NCBI GenBank assembly: GCA_902524635.1 | Contig: CABZDY010000001.1 | Coordinates: 19,477 to 83,476, forward strand | Source: an uncultured Pelagibacteraceae bacterium | GTDB lineage: Bacteria; Pseudomonadota; Alphaproteobacteria; Pelagibacterales; Pelagibacteraceae | Length of the DNA: 64,000 nt | Direction: 5' to 3' | Shown: in pieces, positions 19,919 through 29,589 of the stretch | How the letters are laid out: each line of letters opens with the position of its first letter | Position numbering within the stretch: the stretch's first letter is position 1 | Translations under genes and position numbers: made by a program | The notes under the pieces: model-generated | Seen by the model: the letters and a program-made list of their open reading frames with translations, nothing else | Told to the model about the DNA's origin: nothing | The model's database searches: none

Positions 19919-20625
19919 AAAACTAAAAGATCTCTTGCTCTATCCTTATCTAAATATCTTACCTTCTTAATGTTTCCTTTTTCAGTTTCAATCAATAAAG
20001 GATTACCAGTTGGTATTTCTAAGCTCGAAATCTTTTTATTATCCAAATTAAATAAGTATTTGCATAATGATCTGATTGAATTTCCATGAGCTGATACAAT
20101 AATGTTTTTATCTAATTTAGGTTCAATATTTTTTTTGTAAAAAGGTATTACTCTTTCATAAGTATTTTTTAAAGATTCTGTATCTGGAATTTTATCTTTC
20201 GGAACATTTTTATATATATCAATATTCAAAGGATGATATGGGCTTGTTTTTTTAAGCGGCTCTGGTGGGTGATCCCAAGATCTTCTAAAAGTATGAATTG
20301 TTTCCTCTCCATAAAGTTTTTTCATTTCGTCTTTATTTAAACCTGTTAAAGCACCATAGTGCCTTTCGTTTAATTCCCAAGCATTAACAACATTTTGATC
20401 TTTAATTCTCATTGTATTGAGTATTAAATTTAGTGTCTCAATCGATCTTGTCTGCAAGGATGTATAAAAATAGGATAATTCAAGGTTCAACTCCTTAATT
20501 AATTCTCCTGCCTTACAAGCCTCTAGTTTGCCATTAGCAGCTAAACCCACATCCACCCAGCCAGTAAAACGGTTTTCAAGGTTCCATTCACTTTGTCCGT
20601 GCCTAACAAGTATTAAATTATTCAT
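19915..20625 (-). CDS. gpmA: 2,3-bisphosphoglycerate-dependent phosphoglycerate mutase
   Basis: LVRHGQSEWN, LNERHYGALTG, AHGNSIR, IPTG. Confidence 0.96.
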   Translation of the reverse strand: MNNLILVRHGQSEWNLENRFTGWVDVGLAANGKLEACKAGELIKELNLELSYFYTSLQTRSIETLNLILNTMRIKDQNVVNAWELNERHYGALTGLNKDEMKKLYGEETIHTFRRSWDHPPEPLKKTSPYHPLNIDIYKNVPKDKIPDTESLKNTYERVIPFYKKNIEPKLDKNIIVSAHGNSIRSLCKYLFNLDNKKISSLEIPTGNPLLIETEKGNIKKVRYLDKDRARDLLVF

Positions 20626-20655
20626 AAATTTACCATAAATATAAATTAAATTAGA

Positions 20656-20683
20656 TTGACATAAAGCTAAATCTTTTTAATTT
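20656..20683 (+). promoter_or_regulatory. Putative leaderless promoter of DUF1476 gene
   Basis: TTGACA-16 bp-TAATTT, ATG 6 nt after -10, no SD. Confidence 0.5.
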
Positions 20684-20689
20684 GTTGAA

Positions 20690-20998
20690 ATGAGTTCATT
20701 TGAAGATAGAAAAAAAAGTTTTGAAAAGAAATTTGCTCACGATCAAGAGCTTCAATTCAAAGTTAGTGCTAGACGAAATAAATATTTAGGAGAATGGGTA
20801 TCTCAAATATTAAGTTTTAATTCAGATCAAGAAAAAGAGTATATTCAATCAGTAATAAAAGCAGATTTTGCTGAAGCAGGAGATCAAGATGTTTTTCGAA
20901 AAATTAAAGAGGATTTAAAAGAAAAAAACATCTCAGATGAAGATCTACGAAAGAAAATGGACGAATTAAATGAAAAAGCAAAAACTGATTTTAATTAG
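20690..20998 (+). CDS. DUF1476 protein, F1Fo-ATPase inhibitor zeta-subunit homolog
   Basis: N-terminus SFEDRKKSFEKKFAHDQELQFKVSARRNKYLGEW resembles alphaproteobacterial zeta subunit. Confidence 0.88.
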   Translation: MSSFEDRKKSFEKKFAHDQELQFKVSARRNKYLGEWVSQILSFNSDQEKEYIQSVIKADFAEAGDQDVFRKIKEDLKEKNISDEDLRKKMDELNEKAKTDFN

Positions 20999-21485
20999 TT
21001 TTTTATTTCTCTTATTTAATAATATTCCCTCAGTTTCTTCAGACCATAATTATTTTTTAATTTCTGGTAAGGCAAAAATTATAGATGGCGATACACTCAA
21101 AATTAACAATAAGAAAATTCGTTTTAGTGGAATTGATGCCCCTGAAAGCTATTTTTTTGGAAAAAAACAATTATGTGTTCTAAATAATGTCAAAATTCTA
21201 TGTGGAAAACTATCCAAAGAAAAACTTATTGAAAAAATTGGAAATCAGGTTGTTAATTGTCGAATAGAAAAAAATAAAGATCAATATAGTAGGTTAATTG
21301 GAGAATGTTTTGTAAAAAGTAAAAGTCTCTCAGTTTTTATGGTCAAAAATGGTTATGCATTTGATTATCCTAAATATTCAAATGGAAAATTTAGAGAACA
21401 CCAGATTTATGCAAAAAAATTTTCCTTGGGTTTATGGCAAATGCAATTCGAATATCCTTGGATATGGAGAAAAAAAAATAGATAA
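20970..21485 (+). CDS. Secreted thermonuclease (SNase)-family protein
   Basis: Signal peptide, IIDGDT, RFSGIDAPE, DQYSR, GLW..P..WR. Confidence 0.88.
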   Translation: MKKQKLILISFLFLLFNNIPSVSSDHNYFLISGKAKIIDGDTLKINNKKIRFSGIDAPESYFFGKKQLCVLNNVKILCGKLSKEKLIEKIGNQVVNCRIEKNKDQYSRLIGECFVKSKSLSVFMVKNGYAFDYPKYSNGKFREHQIYAKKFSLGLWQMQFEYPWIWRKKNR

Positions 21486-21493
21486 TATTCAAA

Positions 21494-22093
21494 ATGATTC
21501 GAAACAAAAATATATATTTATTTTTAGTCTTTTTTATAGTTTCTGCTTGCTCCTCAATTCCTAAAAATACTGCTGATGGCTGTTCAATTTTTTCAGAAAG
21601 ATATCTTTGGTACAAACATGCCAAAAAAACTGAGGAAAAATGGGGCACTCCTATTAATTTGCAACTTGCTATAATTAAAATGGAGTCAGATTTTGATTGG
21701 TTGGCAAAACCACCTAGACAAAAATTATTTAAAGTTATTCCTTATAAAAGACCGTCAAGTTCTTTTGGTTATTCTCAAGCAATTAGAGGAACCTGGAAGC
21801 AATACAAAGAGGAAACAGGAAACAAGTATGCAACTAGGACAAGATTTAAAGATAGTGTAGATTTTATTGGTTGGTATACAAACAAAACAGAAAAGATCCT
21901 AAAAATCTCAAAAAATGATGCATTTAAACAATATATTGCTTATCATGAGGGTTGGGGAAATTACAAAAATTATAAGAAGAATCAAAAAGTTATTCTTTTA
22001 GCAAAAAAAGTTGAAAATCAGTCTAAGAAATACAAGGCACAGCTTAACAATTGTCGAAAATCACTTACTACTAAAAAATATATTATATTTTAG
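21494..22093 (+). CDS. Lipoprotein, transglycosylase SLT-like domain
   Basis: Lipobox VSAC, ESDF, SSSFGYSQA, DFIGWY, YIAYHEGWG. Confidence 0.75.
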   Translation: MIRNKNIYLFLVFFIVSACSSIPKNTADGCSIFSERYLWYKHAKKTEEKWGTPINLQLAIIKMESDFDWLAKPPRQKLFKVIPYKRPSSSFGYSQAIRGTWKQYKEETGNKYATRTRFKDSVDFIGWYTNKTEKILKISKNDAFKQYIAYHEGWGNYKNYKKNQKVILLAKKVENQSKKYKAQLNNCRKSLTTKKYIIF

Positions 22094-25000
22094 TTTAATT
22101 GTTTTTTAAGCTCTATATCAACTGCATCAATTCTCTTCGTATTTTTCGCTAAAGTTAAATACATCGTCGGAGTTACATATAAAGTAAAGAAGGTAGAAAT
22201 TATCATCCCACCAAGTATAGTTGCACCTACAGCAAGTCTTGAACCTTCCCCAGCCCCTGGCCCAATATTTCCAATAACTAAAGGCAACATCGCAATCATT
22301 GTACTTAGGGAAGTCATTATAATTGGTCTAAATCTTAAACTGCAGGCTTCTTTTACTGCTTTTTCAATTTCTTTTCCTTTAGTTCTTAATTGATTTGCGT
22401 AATCGACTATAAGAATACTATTTTTTGTTGAAATACCAATGAGTATTACCAAGGCTATTTGTGAAAATATATTTATTGATGAATTTAAGAATAGAATAAA
22501 TATTAACCCCCCAAATACTGCAAGAGGAACAGTTAGTATAATTATAAATGGGTGGATAAACGAATTAAAAGTAGCTGACATTACAAGATAAGCAGTCAAC
22601 AATGCTAAAGCAAATATAATATAAAGTTCATTACTTGTTTCTTTTAATTCTTCTGATTTTCCTTTCCAGGTAATTTGTTTATCCGGAGCAACATTTGTCA
22701 TCGTTTCCTCTAAAGAATTAATTGCTTCAGCTAAAGTATAGCCTTCACTTATGTTAGCGGATATTGTTACAGCACGTTGTCTGTTATATCTTGACAACTT
22801 ACTTGCTGTTCCTTTCTCATTAAATTCAACAAGATTAGAGAGTGAAACTAAGTTACCAGTTTTTTCTGATCGAACAAATATTTTACTTAAACTTTCTTTA
22901 TTTTTTCTGTCTTCTAAATATTGTTGTAAAATAATTGGGTATTCTTTTCCAAGTTTGTTAAATTTTGTGACTGTTTTACCGCCATACAAAGTTTCTAAAG
23001 TTTGACCAATTGCCTCAGTAGATATCCCTAGGTCTTTTGCTTTATTTTTGTTTATTTTAATATTTACTTCAGGTTTATTTCTTGTGTAGTCAGATTCAAG
23101 TCTTGATAAATTCCTGTTCTTTCTTAACATTCTAATAACTTGAGACTGTATTTGTTCTAGCTCTTCATAAGTATTTCCATAAATAACCATTTGAACAGGC
23201 TTATTGTAACTAGAAACTCTTATGGACTGAGGAGAAATTGGAAAAGCTAGTGTTTGAGGTACTGTAACTATTTTTCCAATTGCTTGTCTCATTATTGTTT
23301 GAGAATTCTGTTTTCTATTTTTCCAATTATCTAAAAGTGAGATAATTAAGAAGCTATTTTCAGAGCCAAAACCTGGAACTATCATTAAAAATCTATTGTA
23401 TGGACTATTATCCCCATCAAGCAGTGGAATAAGTCTTTTTTCCACATCCTCCGCCCTTTTTTGAGTATACTGGAATGAACTTCCTTCATCAGTAAATCCT
23501 ATAACTAAGTAAACTCCACGATCTTCTAATGGTAACAATTCTTTTTTTGTATAGTTATACAAAGCCCCAGAGGCAACTATAATAAAAATTATGAACATTA
23601 TTATTGTTTTCTTCTTATTCATCCAAAATCCTAATGTCTCAGTATAAAATTTTAAAAACCCTTGAAAAAATTTATCAAATCCTCTTGTAAGGAAATTAGA
23701 TTTTTTCTTTTTATCAAGAAATTTACTACCCAGCATTGGTGAAAGTGTTAGAGCAACAAATGATGACACTACTATTGCAAATGATAGTGCTATTGCAGTT
23801 TCTTTAAATAAAGTTCCAGCAATACCTTCAATGAAAATTAAAGGCAAAAATACTGCAACTAAAATAAGAGTTGTTGCAATAATTGCAAATGTAATTTGTT
23901 TTGAGCCTTTATATGCTGCTACCAACGGTGTCTCACCATTTTCAATTCTTCTATATATTGCATCGGTCATAATGACTGAGTCATCAGTGATAATTCCAAT
24001 TGCTAATATAAAACTTAATAAGACAAATATATTAATCGATAAATCAAAGATATATAATCCTAAGAATGTTGCAATTAGACTTACAGGTAAGGCTATTGCA
24101 GGAACAATAACTGCTTTTAAATTTCCTAAAAATAAATAAATTATTATTACAACAAGTATAAAGGCTATAGCTAAAGTTTTATAAACTTCATTTATTGCTT
24201 CACCGATATAAGTAGCTCTATTAAAAGCTATTTCTAAATTTAAATCTCCAGGTAAAGTTTTTCTAATTTCTTTTATTTTTTTTTCAACATCTTTTGATAA
24301 TTCAACGGTTGAAGCTCCACTTCTTGCATAAATTCCTATACCCATGGTTTTTAAATTTAGTGCTCCTTTGCTTTGAGCTCTAAATAAAACTTTCTCTGTG
24401 ACAGGACCTAATTCTAAATTTGCAATATCCGATAGTCTTACTATGTTGTCTTTAGCCTTCTTAATTGGTAGCTCTTTAAGCTTTTCTAAGTCATTATATG
24501 ATTTATCGATATTGATCGTTAAATCTATATTTTCAGCTTCAAGTGTACCTGCAGGTAATCGAACATTTTCATTTCTTAAAGACCTTTCTACTTCTTGAAT
24601 AGTTAAATTATTTGCAGCTAATTTGATTGGATCTATCCACACTCTTATACTCTGTTCCCTAAGGCCACCCGTTCTTATTCGGCCAACATTTTTAATGCTA
24701 GAAAACTGATCAACTAAATATCGTTCTGCATAATCTCCAAGCTCAAGATCACTCCAGGTTTCTGAGGATAAGGCAAGCCACATTGTAGTTGTAAAACCCG
24801 CAGATTGTTTAAGTATTCTTGGGGCCTCAGACTCAGCTGGCAATCTTCCGACAATTCTTGCAACTCTCTCCCTTACATCGTTTGCCGCATTATCAAGGTC
24901 AATATCGGTATCAAATTCGATATTTATAGTACTTTTTCCATTTTCTGATTTAGCGTCTATATTTTTTATCCCCTCTGCACCACCTATCACTTCCTCTATT

Positions 25001-25200
25001 ACTTGTGTTACCTCTTCATCAACAATAGGAGCTGAAGCTGAGGCATATTCCACTTGAACTTGAACCACGGGGGGTTGCAGACCAGAGGGGAGTTCTCTCA
25101 CAGGTAACTTTGAAAAAACAAAAGTTCCGAATACTACTAATATTAAGGATAGTACCCATGACAATGCAGGTCTTCTAATACTAACATCAGTTAAATACAT
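22090..25200 (-). CDS. RND efflux permease (AcrB/AcrD/AcrF family)
   Basis: 1036 aa, 12-TM pattern, proton-relay TDDS, TKNSILIVD, RFRPIIMTS. Confidence 0.94.
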   Translation of the reverse strand: MYLTDVSIRRPALSWVLSLILVVFGTFVFSKLPVRELPSGLQPPVVQVQVEYASASAPIVDEEVTQVIEEVIGGAEGIKNIDAKSENGKSTINIEFDTDIDLDNAANDVRERVARIVGRLPAESEAPRILKQSAGFTTTMWLALSSETWSDLELGDYAERYLVDQFSSIKNVGRIRTGGLREQSIRVWIDPIKLAANNLTIQEVERSLRNENVRLPAGTLEAENIDLTINIDKSYNDLEKLKELPIKKAKDNIVRLSDIANLELGPVTEKVLFRAQSKGALNLKTMGIGIYARSGASTVELSKDVEKKIKEIRKTLPGDLNLEIAFNRATYIGEAINEVYKTLAIAFILVVIIIYLFLGNLKAVIVPAIALPVSLIATFLGLYIFDLSINIFVLLSFILAIGIITDDSVIMTDAIYRRIENGETPLVAAYKGSKQITFAIIATTLILVAVFLPLIFIEGIAGTLFKETAIALSFAIVVSSFVALTLSPMLGSKFLDKKKKSNFLTRGFDKFFQGFLKFYTETLGFWMNKKKTIIMFIIFIIVASGALYNYTKKELLPLEDRGVYLVIGFTDEGSSFQYTQKRAEDVEKRLIPLLDGDNSPYNRFLMIVPGFGSENSFLIISLLDNWKNRKQNSQTIMRQAIGKIVTVPQTLAFPISPQSIRVSSYNKPVQMVIYGNTYEELEQIQSQVIRMLRKNRNLSRLESDYTRNKPEVNIKINKNKAKDLGISTEAIGQTLETLYGGKTVTKFNKLGKEYPIILQQYLEDRKNKESLSKIFVRSEKTGNLVSLSNLVEFNEKGTASKLSRYNRQRAVTISANISEGYTLAEAINSLEETMTNVAPDKQITWKGKSEELKETSNELYIIFALALLTAYLVMSATFNSFIHPFIIILTVPLAVFGGLIFILFLNSSINIFSQIALVILIGISTKNSILIVDYANQLRTKGKEIEKAVKEACSLRFRPIIMTSLSTMIAMLPLVIGNIGPGAGEGSRLAVGATILGGMIISTFFTLYVTPTMYLTLAKNTKRIDAVDIELKKQLN

Positions 25201-25208
25201 TTAATTAT

Positions 25209-26123
25209 TTACTTTTCTTCTTTTTTTCCCCAACTAGACTTACTTTTTTTTTCACCATCTTTAATGGGTTTAATTTTTCCATTGGGTCTTACTTTTTTTA
25301 ATCCTTCAGCAACAACTATGTCACCTTCGTTTAAACCTGACTCTACTTCAAGATAACCTTTGTTTCTGTTACCAACTAAGACCTCAACTCTTTTAGTTAC
25401 ATTCTCATTGTCTACTTTATAAATATAAACCTTGTTACCTTCTAAGATTACACTTGTATCTGGTATTCCTAACGAAATTCTCTCATTATATTTTATTGTA
25501 ACTTCCATTAAAGCACCAGGCAAAATCTCAAAATTTGAATTTTGCATTTTAACTCTAAGTCTTAAAGATCTATTGCTAACATCAATTTTGCTAGCTAAAG
25601 AGTCTACTATTCCGTTATAAGTTTTATCCTTATTACCAGAAAATTTTACATCAACACCAAGTCCTTTTTTTACGAACGGTGCGAATACCTCTGGAACATC
25701 AACATCAATAAATAAAGAAGAAGCGTCCTCGATATCAATTACAACAGAACTTTCCGAAACATTAATATCATCAGAAAAATTTCTTTTACCAATTACTCCG
25801 TCGAAAGGTGCTACTATAGTTCTATTTTTTAATTTTGCGATAACATCACCAGACTTAACTTTGGTATTATATTTGATTTCTTCTAGAATTTCGTATTTTT
25901 CAATATTGTATGACTGTGTTTTAATTGGAACGGCTGTTCCAAAGGTTTCAATGATATTTTGAAATTTTCTTTGCTCAACTGTTTTAACTATAATACCTGG
26001 TGGTGGTCTTTTGCTAAATTTTTTTTTAAAATGGTTTCCAATCATCGTCCTAGCAATGATCACACCTGCAATAATTAGAAAAAAAATTATTATTATTGAT
26101 GTTATTTTAGTAGATCTTTTCAT
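25209..26123 (-). CDS. RND periplasmic adaptor (membrane fusion protein), short form
   Basis: N-terminal TM, IVAPFDGVIG, GLNEGDIVVAEG; directly upstream of RND permease. Confidence 0.88.
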   Translation of the reverse strand: MKRSTKITSIIIIFFLIIAGVIIARTMIGNHFKKKFSKRPPPGIIVKTVEQRKFQNIIETFGTAVPIKTQSYNIEKYEILEEIKYNTKVKSGDVIAKLKNRTIVAPFDGVIGKRNFSDDINVSESSVVIDIEDASSLFIDVDVPEVFAPFVKKGLGVDVKFSGNKDKTYNGIVDSLASKIDVSNRSLRLRVKMQNSNFEILPGALMEVTIKYNERISLGIPDTSVILEGNKVYIYKVDNENVTKRVEVLVGNRNKGYLEVESGLNEGDIVVAEGLKKVRPNGKIKPIKDGEKKSKSSWGKKEEK

Positions 26124-26125
26124 TA

Positions 26126-26941
26126 TTATATTCTTCCATATTCAGCCCATGAACCATCATAAACTGTAGGAGAATATGTATTATTTACTAAGGAATATGC
26201 AAGACCTAAAACACATGCTGTTATACCAGATCCACATGAAAAAACTCTTTTATCGTCATTTAAATCAATAATTTCGCTGAACTTTTTTGAAATCTCACTT
26301 ACACTTTTAAAAGTATTGTCTGATCTATTTATAATTTCTTTAAATGGAAGACATACAGAGTTTGGAATAGATCCACTTCTCACATTCTTCCTAGGATCGG
26401 GAATACTTCCATTAAATCGTTCCTTACTTCTAGCATCGATTAATGTAAATTTTTTTTTTTCAATGTTTTCATTTACTTCAATAATATTTTTTACTAAAGA
26501 CTTATTTTCTGTTGCTCTGTAGGTTGACTTATTTAAAATTGTCTTTTCATTTGTTGTTTTCCTATTTTCAATTAACCATTTTTTTAAACCACCATCTAAA
26601 ACACTTACTAGATGTTTATCATGACTAAAATAAATAAAATTGTACCAACCTCTACATGAACTTAGAACATCAGAGCTATCATAAATTACAATTCTATCGG
26701 TATTTGATATGCCCATTGAAGATACGATTTCTTCCCATTTCCCTTTTGCAGGAAGCATGTGAGGTAAATCTGTATCTTGATCTGAATTCTTATCTAAGTC
26801 AAAAAAAATTGCACCAGGAATATGATTTTTAGAGTACTCCTCTTTAGGATTTCTATCAATTCCTGGCATATGCCATGAGCAGTCAATTATTTTGACTTTA
26901 CTTAAATTATTTTCTAACCAATCTGATGTGACAAGTGACAT
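26126..26941 (-). CDS. sseA: 3-mercaptopyruvate sulfurtransferase / rhodanese
   Basis: HIPGAIFFD, DARSKERF, CGSGITA, YDGSWAEY. Confidence 0.92.
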   Translation of the reverse strand: MSLVTSDWLENNLSKVKIIDCSWHMPGIDRNPKEEYSKNHIPGAIFFDLDKNSDQDTDLPHMLPAKGKWEEIVSSMGISNTDRIVIYDSSDVLSSCRGWYNFIYFSHDKHLVSVLDGGLKKWLIENRKTTNEKTILNKSTYRATENKSLVKNIIEVNENIEKKKFTLIDARSKERFNGSIPDPRKNVRSGSIPNSVCLPFKEIINRSDNTFKSVSEISKKFSEIIDLNDDKRVFSCGSGITACVLGLAYSLVNNTYSPTVYDGSWAEYGRI

Positions 26942-26942
26942 T

Positions 26943-27386
26943 CTATCTTTTTTCTAGATACTTCTGATGATATTCTTCAGCAGTGCAGTAATTTTTTAAC
27001 TCAGATAGCTTAGTTACAACTTTTCCAGATAACTTTAAATTTTCTTCGTCTATTACTTTTTGAGCAATATTTTTTTGTTCTTCATTAAGGTAGAAGATCT
27101 CGCTTCTATATTGTGTTCCAAAATCAGGACCTTGAGAGTTAAGTGTAGTTGGATCATGAAATTCAAAAAATCTCTTAATTATTTGCTCGTATGTAATAAC
27201 TTTAGGATCAAATTCTAATTTTACAGCTTCCGCATGATTAGTTGTTCCTGTACAAACTTCTCTATAGTTTGTATTAGGACTGTTACCCCCACAATATCCA
27301 ACCTCTGTTCTGTAGATGCCATCTAATTGTCCATATTTTTTTTCTGGACCCCAGAAACACCCCAAAGCTAAAACTGCTATTTCCAT
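26943..27386 (-). CDS. msrA: Peptide methionine sulfoxide reductase A
   Basis: GCFWG, HAEAV, HDPT, GTQYRS, AEEYHQKY. Confidence 0.96.
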   Translation of the reverse strand: MEIAVLALGCFWGPEKKYGQLDGIYRTEVGYCGGNSPNTNYREVCTGTTNHAEAVKLEFDPKVITYEQIIKRFFEFHDPTTLNSQGPDFGTQYRSEIFYLNEEQKNIAQKVIDEENLKLSGKVVTKLSELKNYCTAEEYHQKYLEKR

Positions 27387-27420
27387 AGATTAATGTTATA
27401 ATAATAATATAATCTAATCC

Positions 27421-28302
27421 ATGTTATCTAGAAATCAATTAGGCTTTTTGTACATGTTTCTGTCTGTGTGTGCATTTTCAATGATGGATGTACTTGTTAA
27501 GTGGTCTGAGAATTATCCTGTTGGTGAAGTTCTTTTTTTTAGAGGAATTTGCGGACTAATACCTATATTTTTTTTAATTCCAAAAGAAAACTACACAAAT
27601 TTTTATAAAACAGATCGACCTAAATTACATTTCTTCAGATGCGCCGCAGGATTAATGGCAATAGTATCAGTATTTATTGCACTAAGAAATTTACCTTTGG
27701 CAACGGTTGTGGGTATCTCATTTGCTGCACCAATTTTTGCAACAATTTTATCAATTTATTTTTTGTCAGAAAAAATTGGTAAATATCGTTGGTTAGCAGT
27801 TTTGATTGGTTTTATAGGTGTAATAATTATTACACAACCAGGTATTTCGAATTTAAATTTTTATTATATTTACCCAATAATTTTTTGTTTAGGAATGTCA
27901 TATGTTGCAATTGCTATCAGGCAGTTATCTACATCCGAACCAGTTTGGCTTATTTCTTTTTATTTTTCAGTAGCGATATCTATTTTAGGTTTGTTTACAA
28001 TTCCATTTGGATGGGTAATGCCTACATTAATAGATTTTATTCTTTTGTGTATGATTGGTTTGCTTGGAGGTATTGCTAATTTACTACTTGGACAATCTTA
28101 TAAACTTTCTGAAGTTTCTTTAGTTACTCCACTTAAGTATTTGAGCTTAGTATTTGCAATTGTATTTGGTTATTTTATTTGGAATGAAATACCATCTTAT
28201 AAAACTTTATTGGGTTCATTACTTGTAGTGTTATCTTCATTAATTATATTTAGAAGAGAAATTTATTTGAAAAAACCAAACTTAATTTTTAAAAATGAGT
28301 AA
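27421..28302 (+). CDS. DMT/EamA-family transporter
   Basis: ~10 TM with two EamA repeats (FLSEKIG..RW, FIWNEIP). Confidence 0.9.
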   Translation: MLSRNQLGFLYMFLSVCAFSMMDVLVKWSENYPVGEVLFFRGICGLIPIFFLIPKENYTNFYKTDRPKLHFFRCAAGLMAIVSVFIALRNLPLATVVGISFAAPIFATILSIYFLSEKIGKYRWLAVLIGFIGVIIITQPGISNLNFYYIYPIIFCLGMSYVAIAIRQLSTSEPVWLISFYFSVAISILGLFTIPFGWVMPTLIDFILLCMIGLLGGIANLLLGQSYKLSEVSLVTPLKYLSLVFAIVFGYFIWNEIPSYKTLLGSLLVVLSSLIIFRREIYLKKPNLIFKNE

Positions 28303-28918
28303 ACCCCCGATTTATTGGTCAAAGGCAGTCAAGTATCTTTCTAAGGATAAGATAATGAAGAAACTTATTTTTAAATACAAAGATAAAACCTTAACAACAA
28401 GAAAAGATATTTTTTTATCTCTATGTAAAAGTATAATAGGACAACAGATAAGTGTCGCTGCAGCAAATTCTGTATTTTTAAAGTTTAAAAAAGAATGTAG
28501 AGGAAAGATAAATCCAAAAGTAGTTAATGCTATTACCTCGGCTCGGTTGAAAAAATGTGGTTTAAGCAGACAAAAAGTTAGAGGAATTAAAGAGTTGGCA
28601 AAAAAATTTGTAAATAAAACATTTAATCCAAGAGTTATAAAAAAAATGGGAGACGAGGAGGCAATTCTTTATTTATCTGAGTTAAGACAAATAGGTAGAT
28701 GGTCTGCAGAGATGATATTACTATTTACTTACAATAGATCTAACATATGGCCCGTTCAAGATATTGGTTTACTTAGAGCTATTTCAAACAATTATAGGAA
28801 AAGCTATTTACCACCGATGAGCTATGTAAATCGATTGAAAAAGAGATTTTCTCCATATTGTTCCGTAGCTACTTGGTACTTATGGCGTTCCATTGACGAT
28901 GAGCCTATACAATATTAA
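28295..28918 (+). CDS. alkA: DNA-3-methyladenine glycosylase II (HhH-GPD)
   Basis: SIIGQQIS, IGRWSAEM, PVQDIGL, PYCSVATWYLW. Confidence 0.88.
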   Translation: MSKPPIYWSKAVKYLSKDKIMKKLIFKYKDKTLTTRKDIFLSLCKSIIGQQISVAAANSVFLKFKKECRGKINPKVVNAITSARLKKCGLSRQKVRGIKELAKKFVNKTFNPRVIKKMGDEEAILYLSELRQIGRWSAEMILLFTYNRSNIWPVQDIGLLRAISNNYRKSYLPPMSYVNRLKKRFSPYCSVATWYLWRSIDDEPIQY

Positions 28919-29202
28919 GTGCCTTCAACTATCTGATGATGTCTTACAGCATGGCCCTTAATAACGTCTATTGCTTCCTGATATTCAGGGGAATCATAAA
29001 ATTCTATTGCTGTGTTGTAATCTGAAAATTCAACTACAGTTGTTCTAGGAGAGTTTATCCCCTCATTTGTTCTATTTTTTCCACCTCTAATTATAAATAT
29101 CCCTGAGTATTTATCTGCAGCAATTTTGGCTTTTAGCGCATATTCCTGTAATTTTTCCTCACTATTAATTTTTTCCCACACACAAACTACGTAACCTTTC
29201 AT
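28915..29202 (-). CDS. DUF1330 family protein
   Basis: GY..., IIRGG, EG..PRTTVVEF, FYDSPEYQ, IVEG. Confidence 0.88.
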   Translation of the reverse strand: MKGYVVCVWEKINSEEKLQEYALKAKIAADKYSGIFIIRGGKNRTNEGINSPRTTVVEFSDYNTAIEFYDSPEYQEAIDVIKGHAVRHHQIVEGT

Positions 29203-29243
29203 AATTCTCCTTTACACCCATTGTATATTGTAATTTTTATTTA

Positions 29244-29546
29244 TCAAATTTGTTGATGTTCTACTCCTTCAACAATAAACATTATTCTCTTAGTTGTATC
29301 ATCTGCATGAGTCCAAGCAGATTTATATTCAGTCGATTCATGGCATGACATAGCATCATTGTAAGTCGGAAACTCCCATATTACAGTACGCACAACGTTT
29401 GGGCCACTAAATGACTTTAATTTTCCACCTCTTACTACTGGTTTTCCCCCATAACTTTTTATTATAGGAACAGCCTTTTCTCCATATTTTTTTAAGTTCT
29501 CCTGGCTTGAGATTTCTAAGTATAGACTTATCCAATAAGTTTTCAT
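29244..29546 (-). CDS. DUF1330 family protein (paralog)
   Basis: YGGKPVVRGG, RTVIWEFP, STEY, FIVEG. Confidence 0.85.
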   Translation of the reverse strand: MKTYWISLYLEISSQENLKKYGEKAVPIIKSYGGKPVVRGGKLKSFSGPNVVRTVIWEFPTYNDAMSCHESTEYKSAWTHADDTTKRIMFIVEGVEHQQI

Positions 29547-29589
29547 ATTTATCCTTTTTTAATATTTTTATTTATGATACCAAATTTTT

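Noticed and set aside
20970-21485. SNase nuclease as anti-phage or toxin gene
   Set aside because: Signal peptide, common alphaproteobacterial family, no defence or immunity neighbours
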